A stretch of DNA of 63,434 nt, counting the filler, from Asterionella formosa (lineage: Eukaryota): NCBI GenBank assembly GCA_002256025.1. It is 25 parts of 25 records of this genome, joined end to end, with 100 filler letters (N's around TTAATTAATTAA, not from the genome) between each part and the next. Parts side by side here need not be neighbours in the genome. Positions count along the whole stretch, not along the records: positions 20,930 to 45,753 come from NKIB01002146.1; 24 more parts are not named here. One strand, written 5' to 3'. How positions within the stretch are numbered: position 1 is the first letter of the stretch; every line of letters begins with the position of its first letter. The translations under genes were made by a program, and so were the position numbers. The notes beneath the pieces are model-generated. The model made no database searches, had not been told where the DNA came from, and saw nothing but the letters and a program-made list of their open reading frames with translations. Positions 23,635 through 35,383 of this stretch are shown here, piece after piece.

Positions 23635-25755
23635 ATGCTCAGGATTCAGTGGATACTGCTATTTTTATATGTAATGCTTCCAATTTCTGTTTGTGGCATG
23701 GCTCCAGTCCATCCAGATGCGCCTGATTATGAAATATTACAAGAATACCACAGCCGACGGCGGCACGGCGTACAACCTGAGCTGCTGCATCCCAGAGTGT
23801 GTCAGGGACTCAGCGATGAGATATGCTTACAACTAGATTATGAAATGAAATCAAATGCCAGAAACTTGCAAAACATTGTTGAAACAGGTGGCTTCCTTCG
23901 AGTCTTGGTCCTCCTGATCAAGTTTACTGATCACGTTGACAGGGAGACGCCGCCATGGGAGAACTACGATATCCTCTTTAACGATTCTGGTGAGACGCCT
24001 TCGATTACTCCAACTCGATCTGTTGCTGCATTTCTGGATGTGAATAGTTATGGAAAACTGCAAATCGAGGCAGAGGTCATTCCATGGCGCCTTACAGACA
24101 ATACGGAGGAATATTATTCGTTCAATCAAAGCGGCCTCTCGACTGAATTTATTCGTTGCATGTACCCCATTCTAGATGAGCTGGAAGCCGAAGGATTTAA
24201 TTTTTCACGATTTGATTTGAACCAGGACGGTGTTATTGATTCTATCGGTACGTGCAGCAGACGGATTTTTGCATCAAGTAATTCTGTTTGCAATCCTCGA
24301 CTAACATTCCCTATGACTGACTTTTTTTGCAAAACAATAGTCGTTTTGCATTCTGGCTATGCTGCGGAGATTGGGGGAGAAGACTGCTATACGAACGCGA
24401 CAACCACAAATCGGATCTGGTCACATACTTTGGCCACTAGTACGGAGCAATGGATTTCATCGGATACCTCAATATCATCAAATGGATATGCGGTGGCCGC
24501 GGCCATGCGAGGCGCGTGCGATAATCGAACAAGCCGTATCGGTGTCATCACACACGAATTCTTGCACACATTCGGATTGCCAGATTTGAATGATAGCTCG
24601 GGTGATTGGATTGGAAAAGGACTGGGAAATTTTGATATCATGTCGAATCCGTTTGGAGTGAATACGGGTCAACTACATCCTCCTCACCTCTCGCCGTGGT
24701 GCAAAGCGCAGTTGAATTGGACCTATCCGTTCGAAATTACTCAAAATGGAGACTATGACGTTGTTGCATCCGAGTTGCAGGATAACATTTACTTGATCAA
24801 GTCTCCCTATCCCGATGGTGAATACATTTACATTGAGAATCGCCAGCCAATCCTGTGGGATGAGCTGTTATGGACGGGTGGTATAATAATTTGGCATATT
24901 GATGACCTGAAACCAAAAGAAAGAGACCGGGGATATCCCGGACAAGATGGGTGGCCAGGGAACAATAATCACTATATGATTGCTGTTGAGGCAGCAGACC
25001 GCAAGTATGATTTAGAGACTGGCGCGAACAATGGGGATGGTGGTGACTTTTGGATCCAAGGAATGGTGTATGGTTCTGGTCCAATTGATTTAGTGGCCCA
25101 AAATTACTCTATGTATCCCAACAGCAATTCGTATCAAAACGGAACGATTTTTCAGACAGGTTTATCGATTGAAATCCTGACCGCCAGCCAAGAAACGATG
25201 CGCATTCGTGTGACTGGCTTTTCCCCAACCCAAACTGTCAATCCAACATCTGAGCCTTCGCCGGAACCAACACTGAACCCCACTTATAGTCCAACGAATC
25301 AGCAAACAACAGAACCAACATCAAGCGGTCCGACCAGAAAGCCTTCGCATAGCACGATACCGAGTTCGGTTCCTTCAGGACAGGAATTACCGACATATAA
25401 ACCGACTTCAAGTCCAGTAGTAGCACCTGCTATTTCACCCACTACAAAGCCAATCACGGCAACCCCAACAATAAGCGGCAACGTATTTGGTAAACCAAAT
25501 TCATCGGTCCCTTCTCCCAGCGCTTCCCCAGAAGCGCCGGTGCCTTTTTCTCCTTTGACAGCGGCCCCAGTCGGTCACAATTTTTTTCATCCCACTATTG
25601 CTGTGAATAATAATACTGGAATTGAAGGCATAGGAGATGATCAGAATGCAAGCACGACACAAGGAACCGGCAGCATCACATCCGCAGGAGATCGATGGAC
25701 ATGGAGTCGATTCGCGGGTGTTTTTATATCGATTTTTGTTTATTGCATGTTTTAG
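23635..25755 (+). CDS. Secreted M6-family (immune inhibitor A-like) zinc metalloprotease with P/S/T-rich stalk and hydrophobic C-tail; intron 24248-24340
   Basis: Signal peptide, VLLIKFTDH, HEFLHTFGLPDL, DIMS, HLSPWCK-x-x-L-x-W, IENRQ, IWHIDD; GTACGT...CTAAC...TAG intron. Confidence 0.93.
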   Translation: MLRIQWILLFLYVMLPISVCGMAPVHPDAPDYEILQEYHSRRRHGVQPELLHPRVCQGLSDEICLQLDYEMKSNARNLQNIVETGGFLRVLVLLIKFTDHVDRETPPWENYDILFNDSGETPSITPTRSVAAFLDVNSYGKLQIEAEVIPWRLTDNTEEYYSFNQSGLSTEFIRCMYPILDELEAEGFNFSRFDLNQDGVIDSIGTCSRRIFASSNSVCNPRLTFPMTDFFCKTIVVLHSGYAAEIGGEDCYTNATTTNRIWSHTLATSTEQWISSDTSISSNGYAVAAAMRGACDNRTSRIGVITHEFLHTFGLPDLNDSSGDWIGKGLGNFDIMSNPFGVNTGQLHPPHLSPWCKAQLNWTYPFEITQNGDYDVVASELQDNIYLIKSPYPDGEYIYIENRQPILWDELLWTGGIIIWHIDDLKPKERDRGYPGQDGWPGNNNHYMIAVEAADRKYDLETGANNGDGGDFWIQGMVYGSGPIDLVAQNYSMYPNSNSYQNGTIFQTGLSIEILTASQETMRIRVTGFSPTQTVNPTSEPSPEPTLNPTYSPTNQQTTEPTSSGPTRKPSHSTIPSSVPSGQELPTYKPTSSPVVAPAISPTTKPITATPTISGNVFGKPNSSVPSPSASPEAPVPFSPLTAAPVGHNFFHPTIAVNNNTGIEGIGDDQNASTTQGTGSITSAGDRWTWSRFAGVFISIFVYCMF

Positions 25756-26141
25756 ATACGATTTGACTTCTGGTGCTGCAACAGGCATTTTGAAAGAGGC
25801 GTCTAACATGGAATGAATGTCCATTAGAATTTGATTGGTAGTAGCGACATTTGGGCTTCAATGAATAAGAACTATTAATCGAGAGCAAAAAGTCAAGGAG
25901 ATTACAATTCACCAGTGAGAGTAAAAAGCATAAGGGTTTGCTGTCAAAGCACACAAATAATTTGGAAGCACAAAGTTCCCAACCGTTTCCGTATTAGGTG
26001 GCTTTTTTGCTAGTGAATTGCTACATCAGTCTGGTCTCGCTAACACACATAATGTGCAAAATCAAAACTCCAATACTTTCTACACAAGTTTGGGTGATTG
26101 CTTTCAACTATAACGAGCGAAAAGTCTCATGTCCATATATT

Positions 26142-27993
26142 CTACTCTCTGCCACCGAATATGTTAATTCCTGTAGAACCTCCAGCACCTCCGCCGCCGC
26201 CTGAGAGTCGTAAAGAAACTTTATCGGCTTGTCGGGATTTCTTTTGCGGCGTAATGGTGACGAGAGGTTGAGCACTTACTGGGTCATTGCGGGAAAGGGA
26301 AATGGAAGGCATCCAAGATGAAATGGGCGACGGAGTGGTGGAAGGTGCCACAGGCGATGTAATGGGGGAGGGGGCTGTCACTGATGCCGATGAAGTCGCC
26401 AGCTGCGATACAGGTATGCCCGAGACTCGAAATGTCATTGTAGTATTCGATGCACTGAAATCGTAAACTTTTAGCTCAGTCTGCTGAATGTTTCCAGACT
26501 GGTAAGAATTCGTATTTGGAAAATACAGTGAATTATTGGTACCCACAGTGCTTAACGGACCAGGTCCAAGTAGCATACCATCGTTCCAAAAGTCGCCATC
26601 GTCTCCGGAGTTTTCTCCTTTTTCGAGGTCGAATTTACGATCCCCTTGTAATAGAGCAACTTGATAGTGCTTGCCATTACCGGGCCACCCGGATTGCCCA
26701 GGATAGCCTCGAGTGCTTTGACCAGTCTGGACGTTGTCATCAATATGATAGATTAGGATGCCACCCATTCCAAGGAGGCTATCATAGGACGAAGGTTGTC
26801 TATTCTCAATCAGTAAATATTCGCCCGTTGGATACATCCAATCAATTCGATAGTATTCACTGGCCTTTTCGCTGGCTGTGATGTCATATATGCCGTCCTT
26901 AACAATCTGGATAGGTTCGATCCAACCCAGTATCCATTTACTCCAAGCACTCAAGTGTCCTGGGCTTGTTCCATCGCCGTTTCTTCCGTATGGATTGCTC
27001 ATTATATCCCAGTATCCAAGGCCCTTTCCAATTCCTTCAGACGACATATCGTGGAGATCAGGTAAGCCTACGATTCGACAGGAGCACAGTTTGTATTAGG
27101 CAGCACATTCTATGATTGTTCCTCGACGCATCACTCCTTCGTCGACAGTACTTACCAAATGTATGCATTAGCTCATGCGTTGTGACTCCAATCCTCGCAA
27201 GTCCCCCATCACATAAACCTCTAAGCCCGGAGGATACAGAGTAACCATTTGCTTGAATGGATCCGTCAGGAGCCGTCCATTGGTCAGTTTGAAATGCCAC
27301 AGTGTGCGCCCAGATTCTCTCTGTCCCAGTTGCACCTGTTTCACAATCATTTCCACCAATCTCAGCGGGATAACCCGAATGAACAATAATAATGTTATCA
27401 ATTAAACCGTCGTTATTGTGATCCACTGCTGAAAAATCAAAATTGTTAGCATAAAGCTGATCCAATACGGGGTACATTGCAAATCGAAAATCCTGCGTCA
27501 AACCAGAAACGGGTACTCCAAATGAGTCCAAAGCAAAGTGCAATTCAGTGTTGTTTGTCATGATCCAATCAACGACTTCCGCTTCAATTTTAATCTGGTT
27601 ATATGAGTTTAGAGCGACCCACTCGCTGATCGAGCCTGTAGGAGTGGCGTCAGATATTCCAACGCCATTGAATAACTTTATGTAGTCCTCCCTAGCGGGC
27701 AAAACTCTGTTGACATGATCGGTGAACCGAATCAATAAGACGAGTGGTTTCAGAAAGTTGGTCGTCAACATAAGTTCCCTTAATAGACGGGCGTTGTTTT
27801 GCATTTCATCTTCCCATGTATCACATCCTTGGGATGACAGTCCCTTACAAATACTAGGATGGATCAAACGAGTCGAAGTGTAGTCGTCAACGTCAATGTT
27901 ATGTAGCCCATCATAACTTGGAGCATCGGGATGCAATGGCGCAATAGCAATAGCCACGGTCGGTAATAGAAGAAAAAGCAACCAAAATTTCAT
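26142..27993 (-). CDS. Second secreted M6-family metalloprotease; intron 27068-27155
   Basis: Signal peptide; HELMHTFG|LPDL joined by a GTAAGT...TAG intron; DIMSNPYG, HLSAWSK, IENRQ, IYHIDD. Paralog of the previous gene. Confidence 0.93.
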
Positions 27994-30944
27994 GATCTTG
28001 ATTGATATTGAACTATGCAGGTATTTCTGAGTTAGTTTGATTTTTCGTTCAATTTATGGCGGGTCGAGGTGAAATGGTGTTCTCTGTCGTGGTTTGTTTG
28101 CTCGTTTGAGACTACATAATGTAGATATATATGGTATAGAGTGTGTGTTTATATTTATTTATCCTATGTACCTGATATACTCATATATATCATAATATTC
28201 ACAATCTTTATTACATAAGACTCCAGCTTCCAAATGATTTTTGTTTACATATTAATACATGAGTATATTGTTATTTTCAAGCAGAATGGATAGCGGTATA
28301 CACAAAGGTAATGTGCGCCATAAGTCCCGGTTCCCCTTTCATAAGATTGGCTGGTAGCCACTGTGCAAGTTGTCCTTGGTAAAATTGGAAATTTTACAAA
28401 ATCTTCCTTCGTATATTTAGTAATGCTGAAGTCGGTACACCTGGTACCAGGTACCATTACTGTTAGCTACTGGTGCTTCGTCCTGTACTTGTATTCTTAT
28501 TTGGCGGTGGTGGTAAACTGTATCCGGTGCTCTCTCGTAAAGTTCTTATACACCGTGAGCACAACATTCGGTCACCCACGACCATATCGCCACCAACGAT
28601 CAGGAAGGCGTACGCTAGCCCTGGTATAGTATTTACGAACTTACATCATTGTTCTCCAGAGGAAGGTCCGCTAATCGAGATATTTAGCTTAATCATAGTC
28701 TGAGTAAATCCGGCAATCGAGATATTGAGCTTTACTGCGTTTACCCGACCTTCCAGCAGAAGCATATTCCACCCCATTAGAGCATATTAGAAATCCCAGC
28801 CGCGATGCTAAATGGTTTCCGTACTAATAATTGACCTACGTATTATATGGAGACTAACATGTGCAGTACTCTATCCAATGAAAAGGTGGTGTACTCTATG
28901 TAGGAAAACAATACTACTTATTGATGGTCCCTGAGTGTCTTAATCTCACTTGGCTTGTCCCAAGTGAAAAAAGCGAATGCACCACCACAGATTAAATTTA
29001 AAACAAAATTGGAAGAAAGAAAAAAGATTAAAAAGGAAATAGTGCAGAATTTGTCCATCATTTGGGAGAAAGTACCCAGCAGGACTGAGAACTCCTGTGT
29101 TGTTGGTGACCAGTGTATTGGGTGTAGTTACCTTTCCTATTTATGTGGTATGTTCCATGGGTTGGCTGCTATCATTGGCACAAAAAAAATTTGGGGCTAA
29201 TGAAGCTAATTGTAATGATTGCCAGGATGATCAGTTGGCAAGTGACCCATTCGCTTGGTGGTGTCTTGTATTGGGTCACATAAAAAGCAATTTTATTTTT
29301 TGAAAATTTTCAAATACCTTAAGTTGATTTTTTTGATTTTCAATGTTACAGTCCAGTTATGATTCAACAATATGTGATTGCACACATGAAACTTTCACTA
29401 GGTTGCTCAAAACTTTCATGCTTGTTGAGTGGTTGGGTAGGATGAATTAATTGTTTTTGAAGCATCAGTTGTCCATGGTATGATCAGCACTTTGAAAGGT
29501 GATTGACTCACCATTCAATAGCAGTTGCCGACATTGTATATGTGTTTTCCAACAATGGTTCTGGGCATATGAATTACTGCTTGCATCCCGCATTGTACTA
29601 GTACTGTACTGTAAAACCAGAATGCATTGCATCTTGCACTGCCGTATTGAGTATTGTTTTCGATGCCATCAAACTCTTGAAACAAATGTGACACATCTCA
29701 CAATCCAATTTTATTGAGGGCCATACAACTGGTGGGCCCATGAATTGCATAGTTTTGATATATTGCTTGATGAGCCCATGATATGCATGTACTATGACAT
29801 CATAATCAAACTGTTAAACAGATTTTAGGATTCTAAAAAATCATAGCAGATTGATTCAATTTCCTCCCAATGTTATGCTTTTGGCCATGGTTGCTGCTAG
29901 TTGATTTTCCTTTGCAGCATGGCTCGAGTGGTGACGATGATGATAACCAAGGTTGTGCCAATTGAATCACTCTACAGGTCAGAATACTTGGTGTTTTAAA
30001 GAATTTCGAATTTAATCTAGCTTTATAATGAGCAAGCATAAAGTGATTTACAGTAAGACCATCATATTATTTAGCGAGGTGACTAGAAATTCTTACAATA
30101 CCATAATGTAGCGACTTGTTCCCCTGACCGACATATTGTGCAAAAGTTGTATTTCTCTTCATACAGCCTGAAGCAATGTTCGTTGTTTCTGTTTTTTGCA
30201 ACTGTGGTCATCGTCACAAACCATCTGTGTGTGCTTACAAGGTCTGGTTTAAAACCAGACACCTTGATCCTTGTATTCTTGAATGCTGACAATTAAGCTG
30301 GTAACTGATTGTCCCATGTCATTATCGTGAATCCCATCTGAAGTTTCATCAGATAAATTATGTCTCAAGAAGGATTTCAAAATATTTAAATGGAACAATG
30401 GTTCCAGTGCCATGACCGACGACTTTGTGATTCCTGGCGCACTGTTAAGAGCATCAGAAATGTTGTACTTGGATCTCTTTCGCTTGCATCGTTAGTAGCA
30501 TTTTCCAAACTGTAATCGACTACCTCGTTTTCACATGCATCATTCCATGCAAATAATGGTAATATTTCTTTCTTCACTTCGCTTATAGCCATTTTTGCAT
30601 TAGCAGAAAAAGGAGTCCCTATCTTGCATGATAGCTGAAATAGTCTTTTCGTGCACTTACAATAGCCACAGCGTCCGTTATAGTTTGAGTGTCCAAAGCT
30701 GCAAAACATGTCAGTCAGGGGAAATCGTCGTGATTGCATTATTTATCTTGATATCTAGCAAATCATTAAAAAATTTATCAATTTTCTATGCAAGTTAAAC
30801 TGCCTACTATTCCTGTTTAGATATCTTGAAACTGGATTGTTTGTCAATTTACTACACATGACTGAATATGTGGTACTAGCTTATCACGCTATTACCTAAT
30901 TGAATACCTGTTCATAAACAAAGCCCAGTATTGCTACTAGTAGG

Positions 30945-31010
30945 GTAATGGATTCTTATTGGTTAGCACGCCTGTTGTGTTGGCGGGTTCGAATCCTGTA
31001 TTATCCGCCT
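30945..31010 (+). other. Degenerate tRNA-like sequence (pseudo-tRNA or SINE head)
   Basis: TGGTTAGCAC (D-arm-like) ... GTTGTG ... GGGTTCGAATCC (B-box); no complete cloverleaf. Confidence 0.35.
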
Positions 31011-31269
31011 GGCTTTCCATGCAGTAGTATCTAGGGTTCGTGTGGCTGACAAAAAAAGGTCCCGTTGTACCATACAGATGAATAAAACAAGTACTCCTTG
31101 TTTCCTTTCAAAACAAGAACATGAGTGCGATTATTGGATAGCTTAATCTACTATATGTTTTGAGTTCAATTTAACCTAGTATTGCTAGCATGTATGAATT
31201 ACACTTTCATGCTAAAATCATATGTAGGTGTATAATGTTTTTATGTTAATTGCAATTTTATCATAAAAA

Positions 31270-31397
31270 TTCAGATAATATATTGATATATTCAAGTACG
31301 CATTTTGATGTATTCAACTAATTCATGTGATGCATTCAAAATCAACTAGGCTTCTTTATGTGAAGGTCACTTCATGTACTAATACGCGGCTTAGATG
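31270..31397. mobile_element. Third copy of the ...GCGGCTTAGATG terminal repeat family
   Basis: Matches 15459-15582. Confidence 0.75.
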
Positions 31398-32514
31398 CAA
31401 CAAGCGGTTCAGCTTGGAAGATGGCAGCAAGTCACATGATAGAGTATGAGCGATCATCTGCACAACAATGATCATACAAAAGACAAATTACCACGAATTC
31501 AGCTGCACTATTTCTACTACACTAGACTAAGTGAAAATGACCTGCATTTAGCAATAAACCTTCTTTTCAGTATCATATCATTTGTCAAAACCCTCAAACT
31601 TAGCTCTCTAGTAACAATTTTGCTAGTATGGATGACATACTCACATGCAACAGGTTTGATTTTGACAGGAAATTCCCTTGCTTCACATGTGATATCACAT
31701 TTTCTTGCAAGGTGACAAACTTTCTCATTTTTACTTGAAAAAAGTGACTTTAATAATATTCACTAACAAATGGTGCACCATCCTAGGCATGCCAGTGATC
31801 ATTTGGGGGTCCAGGACACCAATGTTTAGGGTAAAATTAGAAATATCCTCTTCCTTAGTAGTGCTTATTCGGCTTGCACAGACCAACAGCAAGTAGTCCA
31901 GCATAATTATAGTGCCCAAATCAGCCACCAATCAAAGTAAATCAGCAAAAACCAAACTTGTCATGAATAGTCATCACGCATCTACAACATTGTGAGTATT
32001 CCAAATGTTAAGGCCAAGAGTGTTTCAAAACTACACAGTGGACAAGACGACAAAGTTGGTCCATTAGATGGCCAAAATAGAGCTCCACTGACAGGCACAC
32101 TTGACACCAGAGGTGCCGCTGAAGGTTTGTTGCTGACATAGGAACTTGATGCATAATGGGGTGAATTTAAAATGGCAGGTACACTTGGCAAGATTGATGA
32201 CCCCAAAGTAGTGTTGTTGACAATAGCGCTTGATGGAGAAGTTTCTTGAAACTGCATTAGACAGGAAAGTTCGTAAGTGGCATTGACATTTTGCTTCAGA
32301 ATCTTTATGGGGACAGAGAACCAATCAAGTTGTCCTTGTATCACCTTTCCGTTGTTTTCATGAGTCCAGCTTGGATTGATTCGGGCATTTACAATGTGGG
32401 CTTGAGGAGGAACATCAGGACGCATGTTAAGTGGTTGACTGGCCCAATTTTGATCCACTTGGGCACTTGCTATCACAATGAGTTCATCTCCAAGGGAAAG
32501 TGAAGACACATCTA

Positions 32515-35383
32515 CGTCTGTAAATAAACAATATCGTACTTATAAGATCAGGGGTATCATACGATAACTGGCACAGAATTTTTCTGTGCATGATACATAT
32601 TTCGTTATATGTATGATAAATGCATACTATGAAAGTGAACAGACTAAGCTTACTCATAATAATCAAACCACCATATAATTATCAAAACATTATCCTATGA
32701 TGTATATTCTTTCATCATTTAACTATCCTGTCTTATATGATGGTAACTCTAATCGAAATAGCTGTTAAAAATAGGTTGAGATGGATTGTAATTTTTCTGT
32801 TATATCACGAAATCATTTTTATGTTTCTACATTTTGTGTGGTTAAACAGCCAATGTTCCCCTTTTCTATTCTTGTCTCAACAATGCTCTTGATGCATGCC
32901 TCCTGCCTCCCTTCAATGCTCGTGAGGATGCATGCCTCCCCCAACTCTCTTCAATGCTCTTAAGGATACATGCCTTCCGCTTCCCTTCAATGCTCTTGAT
33001 GATGCCTGCCTTTCCCCCGCTTGCCTTCAATGCTCTTGAGGATACATTGCATCCTGCCTTCAAATCTCTTGATGCATGCCTCCCACCTCCCTTCCACTCA
33101 GATTCTGAAACTCATCTGACTTCATGCTAAAAATCCCATTTCCTTTTGATCAGATTGTGTTTTATCTATTTTGATTTCCTAATCATAACAACAATGAGAA
33201 GGAATTACTCACTCGTTAGCCATGTTTTTTTTACATCTCAACACTGCAGTCCCATTTTAGCATGCTCCACTCACCAGAAATCGATGAACTTTCGCATAAT
33301 TCAGTAAAATAATGTGTCAGTCAATGATCACAGCACAAGTACAAATCAATGAACCGTTCCACCAATGTCATTTATAACTTACAACAAAAATCTTTGATTA
33401 AAATTATCCTGAAAGATTGAAAAACAAACTTTGTGTCAGTGATGTTCTAACAGTGGCTCATTGATCCAACAAGAGCATTTACAAGTTTTTGGTCGACATT
33501 GGTGGTATCCCGCTGAATGCGAAATGTGCTTTTGAATTGCTAGGAAAAGAGGGGATCATTTTGCTAGTCTTTGTGAACCCAACAATTGATCACCTTGGCA
33601 TGTACTCTTGACATACCATAGCTAGATTCCATTCACTCTTCCATTTTCAATCCTTCTAAGCCGCAAAATTTATCATCATTGTGTGCATTGAAGCGTTTTT
33701 CTTTCAGTTTTCCTTGTTTGTCACAGGGCAAAGATGATCTTTCATTTCAGGATCATGTGGTACCGGTAGCTCTAAACATGATTTCAAATGTATAGGCTAT
33801 GTATACATTTATAAAATTTTGAAAACAAACAAATATATACGCATAATGTTTATACTATCATCAATTAAGCTTATACATAATTCAAATATATATAATGCAT
33901 GAGGATATCATTGTTTTCCATTTCCTGATTTACTGTCTTTGATTCTTTCTGCATCAATTCTTGTACCTACAAGTAAGTAATTTAATTAAGCCCCTCAATT
34001 AGCGGGAATCATACGAAATTTTTCATATGGTACAAATCATAAAATATTTACTGGCAGATGAATCACTCGAATCAACCTTTATAATTTACAGATCATACCT
34101 CCTGGTTAGAAATGATTGCCGATAAATAAGATCACATATGACATTTTTTAGCTTTTTCGATCTTACTTTTAACATGAATATATCTTACTACTAAAAAATT
34201 ACAGATCATACTTTGGTTAGCCAATAAATAAGATCACAGATAACAATTTTTAGCTTTTTTGATCTTACTTTTAACATGAATATATCTTACTACTAAAAAA
34301 TTACAGATCACACTTTCTAGTTAGATGTGATTGTCAATAAATAATATCACAGATTACAACTTTTAGCTCGTTTGATCTTACTGTTAACCTAAGTACGAGG
34401 TGACAATAGATATCAATGTCACCTTGTTTGTCCGATAACAATGTGTTATCATTGCGTCCCCTCCCCATCACCAATAGACGATACCAATGTCGTCACCTTG
34501 TCTGTACAAGAACGTGTTGTAGCCTGAGTACAAGGTGACAATAGATACCAATGTCACCTTGTTTGTACAAGGAAGTTTTATTGCGTCCCCTTCATCACCA
34601 ACAGATACCAATGCCACATTGTTGTATGACTACCGGTACGTGATATTGCGTACCCTCAATCACCTTTAGATATACCAAAGTCACTCCCTAACCCTATCCC
34701 TATCATGGGCATGATTCAAATTCAAATCAATCGTACACATAGTACGTTTACATACAAATATCTGTGCAACATACCGGTATATAGGTGTCACTATGATGAA
34801 CATGATTTGAATTCAAATCAATCGTATGCATACTGGTACGTACGTTTACATGCAAAAATATGTGTGCTACATATATACCAGTAGGTATCCCAATGATGGG
34901 CAGGATTAAAATTCAAATCAATCATGTACATACGTTTACATACAAAAATATCTGTGCAACATATTGGTACTACCAGGTACCAGGGTATCAGGTAGTACAA
35001 TAGATGATACAATAGACAGTAGTAACTCACTCACAAGTAGACTTGAACATGCATATGCATATATATGCATTTCTATTATGTCTTCTAAACTATAGATTGC
35101 TACATCAGATATGTACACATACCCATGTACAACTACAGATATGTACACATACCCATGTACAACTGCATACTCATGCAACTTGCATTCAGATTGGAGCGGT
35201 TGTTGATGTTTGCAGCCAGTGATGGTATACATACAAAAATACATGTATCAATATATATATACATACAATATTCTACATGACGATAAATCTTATTCATATT
35301 AGATGATAAATCGAATTTATATGATCATATGATCGCCATTATAAGATGCATCACACGAATTAGATGTTTTCTATTTGCAGACG
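32515..35383. mobile_element. Non-autonomous TIR DNA transposon, 2869 bp, TA target-site duplication
   Basis: TA|CGTCTGTAAATA ... TATTTGCAGACG|TA (TIR 11/12 match). The empty site restores the host ORF. Other ends at 6690, 16529 and 18368. Confidence 0.9.
34085..35165. repeat. Compound subterminal arrays inside the TA-TIR element
   Basis: About 3 units of ~110 bp (34085-34390); GGTGACAATAGATACCAATGTCACC hairpin units (34398-34690); about 3 units of ~95 bp (34710-34990); 30-bp duplication (35106-35165). Confidence 0.8.
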
